Notes under the pieces: model-generated
Database searches by the model: none
What the model saw: only the letters and a program-made list of their open reading frames with translations
What the model was told of the DNA's origin: nothing
Source of the DNA: Nanobdellota archaeon
Lineage (GTDB): Archaea; Nanobdellota; Nanobdellia; SCGC-AAA011-G17; ARS1403
Direction: 5' to 3'
DNA length: 34,226 nt
NCBI GenBank assembly: GCA_002688395.1
Contig: NZCU01000014.1
Coordinates: 1 to 34,226, forward strand
Shown: piece after piece, positions 28,957-34,226 of the stretch
How the letters are laid out: every line of letters starts with the position of its first letter
Position numbering within the stretch: position 1 is the stretch's first letter
Position numbers and translations under genes: made by a program

Positions 28957-29458
28957 CTTCTGCTTTATCTGATAGTATGGCTGAGTTTCCACTTGGATCT
29001 TCTATAATTATTTTTAATTTTAAATCTCCTGTTTCTACTTTCCATAATTTTTTTAATAGGTTTTTTGCTTTTTTTCTTATACCAGGATCTTCTGCATTAT
29101 CTCTTTGAGATTCTATGATTTTTTTAAATCTATTTAGTAATCCTTCTATGTTTGTTAAGAAACCTATAGATGAGGGACCGGATTCCATAGCCATTCGCAT
29201 TTGTGGAATTTTAACTGTTGCTTGGGCTGATTTTATTACTCTAACATTTAAATCTTCTTTCTTTTTTATCTCAAAAGTAATTTTTGCTGGAGGTTTAGTT
29301 TCTTCAGCTTCTATGTCAGAAGTGTGATATTTACACTCATTACAAGTCATAACCATTAGATAACATTTACCAAAATGAGGGATGTTATAGTTTTGTTCTG
29401 TTAGTTCTAATGTGTTTTTTTTACATGCTGGACACTTTTGTTTTGTTAAATTTGACAT
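28943..29458 (-). CDS. ZPR1-related zinc finger protein
   Basis: CPAC...IPHFG...CNEC; DLNVRVIKS; TNIEGLL; IIEDPSGNS. Confidence 0.93.
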   Translation of the reverse strand: MSNLTKQKCPACKKNTLELTEQNYNIPHFGKCYLMVMTCNECKYHTSDIEAEETKPPAKITFEIKKKEDLNVRVIKSAQATVKIPQMRMAMESGPSSIGFLTNIEGLLNRFKKIIESQRDNAEDPGIRKKAKNLLKKLWKVETGDLKLKIIIEDPSGNSAILSDKAEVKKL

Positions 29459-29539
29459 GATAATTTATAGAAAAAATATATTTAAAACTCTTTTGTTTTA
29501 ATAGTAAGATTTATATTATTTTATTATTTGTATATTAAT

Positions 29540-29866
29540 ATGAAAGTTTTATTTATATGTAATCAAAATGAGAACAGGAGTAAAACAGCTGAAGAATTAT
29601 TTAAAAGAGAGTATGAAACTAAATCTGCTGGGCTGTTTAATAATAATCCTGTTTCTAAAAAAGAGATTAAATGGGCTGATATAATTGTTGTGATGGAGGA
29701 TAATCAAAGAGGTGAAATAGCTAAAAGATTTCCTAATTTATATATGCAGAAGAGAATTTTATCTTTAAATGTTCCGGATGTGTATTCTTATCAAGATTCA
29801 GAATTAGTAGATATATTAGAGAAGAAAATGGTAGAAATTGTTGAACCTATTGTAGCCATTCATTAA
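29540..29866 (+). CDS. Low-molecular-weight protein tyrosine phosphatase-like protein
   Basis: VLFICNQNENRS (CX5RS), SAG, WADIIVVME, VPD. Confidence 0.88.
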   Translation: MKVLFICNQNENRSKTAEELFKREYETKSAGLFNNNPVSKKEIKWADIIVVMEDNQRGEIAKRFPNLYMQKRILSLNVPDVYSYQDSELVDILEKKMVEIVEPIVAIH

Positions 29867-30011
29867 ATTGTGCTACTGCTTCTTCTTTTGAGTTGAATAT
29901 TTGTGTTTCTGCTACAGATAAATTTGGAAGCCTTCTTGCCACTTTGTATTTATCTCCTATTTTTATTATGGAAATTTCCCATTCCTTTATGGAATGTTTA
30001 ATTGTTTTCAT
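29847..30011 (-). CDS. Small hypothetical protein (54 aa), not in the ORF track
   Basis: MKTIKHSIKEWEISIIKIGDKYKVARRLPNLSVAETQIFNSKEEAVAQFNEWLQ*; start overlaps the sepF stop (TAATG) and fills the gap. Confidence 0.6.
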   Translation of the reverse strand: MKTIKHSIKEWEISIIKIGDKYKVARRLPNLSVAETQIFNSKEEAVAQFNEWLQ

Positions 30012-30430
30012 TAGAAATCTTTTGTTTCTTCGCCTATTGCTGTTTTTACATCTATTTCACTTCTATGTACTTGGGCAAATGATGGAGTTGCTACAATCCA
30101 ATCTTCTCCAAATCCTGCTATATCTCCTTCTATGGCATCGCATGTTTTTTTCAATTTGTTTACTGCTCTTTTTAATTCTACTATATCTTTGTCTTTTAAT
30201 GGCTTAATATTAACTAAAGCTATTGTGTATCCTTCTCTTAAACCATCTAAAGCAGGTTTTATATCTTGAAATTCGTTGATAATAAAAGGTTTTACAATTA
30301 TTTTTGCTTTTGATTCTGATGTGTCACTTGGGTTTATTTCCAGGTATTGGTCTTCTTCTGGAAGTTCTTCTAATTCATCATCTAGAGGTCCCATTATCTT
30401 TTCTTTAATTCTTGAAAAAGTATCTTTCAT
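30011..30430 (-). CDS. sepF: Cell division protein SepF
   Basis: LREGYTIALVNIKPL...LKRAVNKLK...IEGDIAG..EDWIVATP; start ATG 30430 (or TTG 30454). Confidence 0.85.
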   Translation of the reverse strand: MKDTFSRIKEKIMGPLDDELEELPEEDQYLEINPSDTSESKAKIIVKPFIINEFQDIKPALDGLREGYTIALVNIKPLKDKDIVELKRAVNKLKKTCDAIEGDIAGFGEDWIVATPSFAQVHRSEIDVKTAIGEETKDF

Positions 30431-30578
30431 TTTTTTACAATTCTCCGATAACAATTAAAAAACAAAGATTTATATTTAAATATTTCTATTCTCTGAGCTA
30501 TGTACTGTATAAATTAGATTTTGTGTACGGTTACTACTAAAATATATATATATGAATTTGTTAGATAATACATATTAT

Positions 30579-30634
30579 AAAATATATATTGCATTCAAAC
30601 GACATACTCGCCATACCCTCGTGAGCTTTATATA
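30579..30634 (+). repeat. Dispersed nuclease-associated upstream element, copy D (upstream of tnpB)
   Basis: aaaatatatattgcattcaaac-GACATACTCGCCAtaccctCGTGAGc-tttatata; left arm matches copy A, right arm matches copy B. Confidence 0.9.
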
Positions 30635-30655
30635 TGAATACATCTTATTATTTAT

Positions 30656-31707
30656 ATGGAAAAGACAATAATAGCATCTGTAATAAACTTAACAAAAAAT
30701 AAAAAAACATTGTTAGATAATGATTATAACAATTATCAATGGTGGATGTTATTTAGTATAGATAAAGGTTTATTAAGTGCATTTAAAGCAGCAAAAGGTT
30801 ACAAACAAAAAATAATCAAATATAAGGAATACCCTTTACCATTACAATCAAGATTTATTAAAGAATGGTTTAGGATTAGAGATACTAAGATAACTAAACA
30901 TTGGATTAAGATACCTAATAGTAAAAGAAAAGGTGTTGGTTTATGGCTTCCATTAAGATTCCACCAACAACTACCGGAATATTATACATTAAAAGATTCT
31001 TATTTAGTAAAAAAGAATAAAAGTACTATATTCATTTTTGTGTTAATATAAGAGAACCTAAATTGTACAAATCAAGAACCATAATAGGAATAGATTTGGG
31101 ATTAAAAAACCCAGTTACGTTAACAAATATGAAAACAAATAAAACATTATATTTAGGTAAGGAATTAAAACAAATAAGAGGAAAATATTTCTACTTAAGA
31201 AAAAAATTAGGAAAAGAAAAAAAGTTGAAACAAATAATAAAAATTAAGAACAAAGAAAAGAGAAAGATTAACACATTATTACACACAGTTTCAAAGGAAA
31301 TAATAATAAATGCTTATCAAAATAAATCAACAATAGTTATTGGGAAATTAAAGAATTTCAAGAAAAATAAAGGAAGAAAGTTTAATAGAAAAATATCATC
31401 ATTCTCTTATTATAAACTTACACAATATCTAGAATACAAAGCAAGAGAAAAAGGAATTCCATTCATTAAAGTTTCAGAGTTTAATACATCTAAAACTTGT
31501 AGTGTCTGTGGCACTATAGGGAAAAGAGATAAAAATTGGTTTAAATGTACTTGTGGATATGAAGATAATGCGGATAGAAATGCAAGTATAAATATTGCAA
31601 AACGAGGTTTAAGTCAAGAACTTAAATTAGGGGTAGTTGCTTCTACCCAGAAATCTCTCAATGAAGAGATAAGCACTAAAAGTGTGCAATCTTGTGTGAT
31701 TGCTTAA
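30656..31707 (+). mobile_element. tnpB: Solo TnpB (IS200/IS605-family RNA-guided nuclease), split by a 1-nt frameshift near 31020
   Basis: IGIDLG (RuvC I), YLEYKA..KGI, SEFNTSKTCSVCG...FKCTCG (Zn finger), NADRNASINI (RuvC III); no adjacent tnpA. Confidence 0.88.
31608..31707 (+). ncRNA. Putative omega-RNA scaffold overlapping the tnpB 3' end
   Basis: Five consecutive hairpins: TTTAAGT/ACTTAAA, GGGTAG/CTACCC, ATCTCT/AGAGAT, GCACT/AGTGT, GCAATC/GATTGC; position is typical for TnpB guide RNAs. Confidence 0.6.
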
Positions 31708-31740
31708 TTTGTGTGTAAAGCTTATTCTTTATAGATATTG

Positions 31741-31995
31741 TTACTGTATACTCTCTAATAAACTTACTATACTCCAAATTTGAGTCCTTACATGTTCAGG
31801 CATATTTGTTTCTTCTGAAATTTCTTCTAATTCTTGTAAAGCTTTATTTGTTTTAAATTCTGTAGTAGAGCTAGCTTCTGTTATTATAGAAATAATGTTG
31901 TCTATTTTTGATTTTATGTTTTTTGGCACACCATCATCATTAATTATCTTTTCGAATTCAGGGATAACCTCTTTACTAATTCTTTGTTCAGACAT
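31741..31995 (-). CDS. UPF0147 family protein
   Basis: IINDDGVPKNIK...LEEISEETNMPEHVRTQIWSIVSLLES. Confidence 0.9.
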   Translation of the reverse strand: MSEQRISKEVIPEFEKIINDDGVPKNIKSKIDNIISIITEASSTTEFKTNKALQELEEISEETNMPEHVRTQIWSIVSLLESIQ

Positions 31996-32015
31996 CTTTA
32001 TTTTTTCCTAGAGGA

Positions 32016-32348
32016 TTATTCTTTTAAGTATTTTAATACCTCTTTTTGTAAGGAATTTGCTTTTGTTCTTAGTTTTTCTTCTTGAGATTCTATGTTTTTA
32101 ATTCTTATATCTATTACTTCTTTTTTGGATGTTAGCTCTTTTTTTAAATCTTCTGATTGAGCTTCGAACATTATTCCGTTTATTATTTTATAGGGTGATG
32201 TTTTTGTTTTTTTTAATTCTGTTAGAGCATTTTCTACTTCAATCAATTCTTGAGTAAATTTTTGTTTTTGTTGTAGTAAACTTTGAATATTTTGCTCTAG
32301 TAATTGTAGATCTGCTATGTTTTTTTCTTGTTCTTTTGAGATATTCAT
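32016..32348 (-). CDS. pfdB: Prefoldin beta subunit
   Basis: Coiled coil-YKIINGIMFE-coiled coil; conserved L37ae-rpoP-prefoldin gene order. Confidence 0.9.
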   Translation of the reverse strand: MNISKEQEKNIADLQLLEQNIQSLLQQKQKFTQELIEVENALTELKKTKTSPYKIINGIMFEAQSEDLKKELTSKKEVIDIRIKNIESQEEKLRTKANSLQKEVLKYLKE

Positions 32349-32482
32349 TTTGATTTAAAGGAAGCTGATACTGTGTTTGCTTTGAATAAAATTTTACTTC
32401 CACAATAAGGACATCTGATGTTCTTTTTAACATACTCTTGCTTAATTACTTTATTACATTGAATGCATTTATATTGTGGCAT
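32345..32482 (-). CDS. rpoP: RNA polymerase subunit P (Rpo12), not in the ORF track
   Basis: MPQYKCIQCNK...IRCPYCGSKILFK, 45 aa, between rpl37ae and prefoldin. Confidence 0.92.
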   Translation of the reverse strand: MPQYKCIQCNKVIKQEYVKKNIRCPYCGSKILFKANTVSASFKSK

Positions 32483-32483
32483 T

Positions 32484-32690
32484 TTAAATTTCGTATGCTC
32501 TTCCAGCAAACTTTACATCGCATTTATTACATAACCATATCCCAGATGATACTCTTTTTACTTTTTTATAAGTGCAATGTGGGCATGTATAAGTAGCTTT
32601 TTGTTTTGCTTCTATTTTTTTTAGTTTATTTTTTGGAGTTCTACCATACCTTGTTCCAAATCTTCCTGTTGTTCCTTGTCCTTTTCCCAT
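32484..32690 (-). CDS. rpl37ae: 50S ribosomal protein L37ae
   Basis: GRFGTRYG...YTCPHC...VKRVSSGIWLCNKC...FAGRAY. Confidence 0.96.
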   Translation of the reverse strand: MGKGQGTTGRFGTRYGRTPKNKLKKIEAKQKATYTCPHCTYKKVKRVSSGIWLCNKCDVKFAGRAYEI

Positions 32691-32793
32691 TTGAACCCTT
32701 TAGAAAAGCGTTCACGGAAAACAAACTTTAAGAAAGTTTGATCAAAACTATTGCTTTTCTTAGAAAAATTTGATGTTTTTGGGTTTAAAAGGT

Positions 32794-33006
32794 TTATGTT
32801 TTTAATTTTAATATTTTGAATAGCCCTTTCTCTCCCAGGATTATCTCCTGAATTTTATCTTTTAATTTTGTATTTATTAGATAACTTACTGTCGTTTTGG
32901 CTAAATTTGTTTCTCTACTAATCTGTGATACATATGTTCCTTCAGGATGTTTTTTTAGAGCTTCTAATATTTTGTTTATTTTAGTTTGATCAACTTTTCT
33001 TACCAT
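32794..33006 (-). CDS. Small winged-helix regulator
   Basis: KILEALKKHPEGTYVSQISRETNLAKTTVSYLI; likely start ATG 33006. Confidence 0.8.
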   Translation of the reverse strand: MVRKVDQTKINKILEALKKHPEGTYVSQISRETNLAKTTVSYLINTKLKDKIQEIILGEKGLFKILKLKT

Positions 33007-33060
33007 AACTGTACACTTGACCAAAAACTATATAAAGATTAGGATTTTATTACTGTACAT

Positions 33061-33873
33061 ATGAACAGAAATAAATATCAGAGATTATATGAAGAGGAAA
33101 AGAATTTGATTAAGAATTTAACTTTGAAAGGAAATAGTTTGAGACAGATTTCTGAGATAACGGATCTTGGAATAACTACTATATACTATCAAGTGAGAAA
33201 ATTTAAACCCAAACAGAAAAAGGATTTTGTTTGTAATTTAAGTGATTTTCAAATAGGAGAATTAATTGGATCTTTTGCAGGGGATGGAAACTTTTACTAT
33301 TCCTCTCATGGTAGGAGTGGTCACTATAGGATTAGATACTATCTTTCGTATAAAGATGACATGGATTATTCTAAGTATTTATCCCATCTATTAGAAATGA
33401 TGAACTTACGCACCAATACTTTTTTTAAGAAGTATAAAGGAAAATTAAGTGTAATTGAATTGGTTGTTAGATCTAAAGATTTTTATAAATTTATAAGGAA
33501 GTATCTCATTTGGGAAGGCAAAAAAACTTATTCTGTAAGATTGAAATCTTACATTAATGGATATAGCGATGATTTCTTGAGAGGCTTTGTTAGAGGTCTT
33601 ATGGATACGGATGGATTTGTGGAAATATCTGGCGTTGCTTTTGGTGTTGTTTCTAGAGATCTTGTTTTAAATTTTGAGGCTATTCTAAGCAAGTTTAATA
33701 TTGGATCTAAATTATCAATCAAACCTGGGAAAGGAAATTGTAAGGACTGTTACCTATGTCGTATTCCTAGAAGATATTTGGAATTGTATAATGAAATTTT
33801 TGGATTTAGTAACTTAAGAAAAATTAACTCTTTAATGAAAATATTAAGTAAAACTGGGACTGCGCGGATTTGA
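33061..33873 (+). CDS. Free-standing LAGLIDADG endonuclease with N-terminal HTH
   Basis: SLRQISEITDLGITTIYY (HTH); GELIGSFAGDG and FVRGLMDTDG; ends inside tRNA-Pro antisense. Confidence 0.88.
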   Translation: MNRNKYQRLYEEEKNLIKNLTLKGNSLRQISEITDLGITTIYYQVRKFKPKQKKDFVCNLSDFQIGELIGSFAGDGNFYYSSHGRSGHYRIRYYLSYKDDMDYSKYLSHLLEMMNLRTNTFFKKYKGKLSVIELVVRSKDFYKFIRKYLIWEGKKTYSVRLKSYINGYSDDFLRGFVRGLMDTDGFVEISGVAFGVVSRDLVLNFEAILSKFNIGSKLSIKPGKGNCKDCYLCRIPRRYLELYNEIFGFSNLRKINSLMKILSKTGTARI

Positions 33874-33928
33874 ACCGCGGTTAGGAAGTCCCAAACCTCC
33901 AGTGATAACCAAACTACACTACAGTCCC
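33855..33928 (-). tRNA. tRNA-Pro(TGG)
   Basis: GGGACTG/CAGTCCC-A acceptor; GGAGG-TT-TGG-GA-CTTCC; CGCGG-TTCAAAT-CCGCG. Confidence 0.95.
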
Positions 33929-34013
33929 AATAAGAAAGAATTAAGAATTTTCGTTTATAAATTTATTTAATTTTACTATAAGCTATAAAAATTGTGAAAT
34001 TTTACTAATTGTT

Positions 34014-34226
34014 ATGGTTAGGAAGAAATGGAAAAGAAAGAGTGGTTGGATATCTCCCACTTCAACTTTGAAGATTAGTAAAGATGAAATTATCAATGAA
34101 TCTTTAGAACCAAGACTTTTTTATGATGATTGGTGTAATTTTAGAGATGGACAGAGAATAAATAGAGATAGAACTAGACTTAGAGATCCTAATTGTTATA
34201 TGGCTAGATTTACTGATGTTGGAAAA
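34014..34226 (+). CDS. Hypothetical protein, 5' part (runs off the window)
   Basis: ATG 34014, open to the window end (MVRKKWKRKSGWISP...). Confidence 0.5.
   Translation, partial: MVRKKWKRKSGWISPTSTLKISKDEIINESLEPRLFYDDWCNFRDGQRINRDRTRLRDPNCYMARFTDVGK

Noticed and set aside
30540..30554. Short (AT)n run upstream of copy D
   Set aside because: Low complexity and expected at this base composition.
7605..30634. The dispersed motif as CRISPR repeats for the TnpB/Cas12f-like protein
   Set aside because: Copies are kilobases apart, single, and tied to TATA boxes; there is no repeat-spacer array in the window.
31009..31020. A_AAA_AAG slippery heptamer as a programmed -1 frameshift in tnpB
   Set aside because: Slipping there reads AAA GAA TAA and stops; the frame change has to occur after this stop.
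3503..32433. Short ORFs antisense to or overlapping real genes (3503, 4862, 5885, 9210, 9577, 12382, 12700, 15234, 17510, 22131, 22507, 23869, 24457, 25946, 26602, 26816, 29115, 29893, 30276, 32239)
   Set aside because: Shadow frames of well-supported genes or tRNAs with no recognisable motifs; 29893 and 32239 are displaced by better small ORFs (29847-30011 and rpoP).
7665..33873. LAGLIDADG ORFs as inteins or intron-encoded ORFs
   Set aside because: No N-terminal Cys/Ser block or His-Asn terminus, own promoters and stops, and no flanking split host gene or BHB found.

Overview
AT-rich archaeal chromosome segment, most consistent with a DPANN lineage (Woesearchaeota/Pacearchaeota-like; inferred from gene content and style). 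Core genes: TFB, Sm, L37e, S8e, S17e, L37ae, Rpo12, prefoldin beta, RNase Z, EndA, GlyRS, GuaA (frameshifted), SepF, Alba, a Kef-type antiporter and four tRNAs (Leu, Met, Ala, Pro). It also carries a pilin-like/large secreted protein cluster and a Cys-rich redox/metal operon ending in lgt. Main observations: (1) five free-standing two-motif LAGLIDADG endonuclease genes and one solo TnpB sit between core genes; four of the LAGLIDADG genes and the unrelated TnpB share a ~35-nt upstream element (GACAYAsTYGnCA-N6-CGTRAR-TATA) whose flanking arms occur in all four combinations, suggesting a portable promoter/recombination cassette; (2) a 33-nt bulge-helix-bulge intron interrupts the protein-coding alba gene directly behind one of these nucleases; (3) a recoded duplicate of the endA 3' end flanks another; (4) tRNA-Leu(TAG) has two BHB introns. 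All analysis was by eye; no searches were run.
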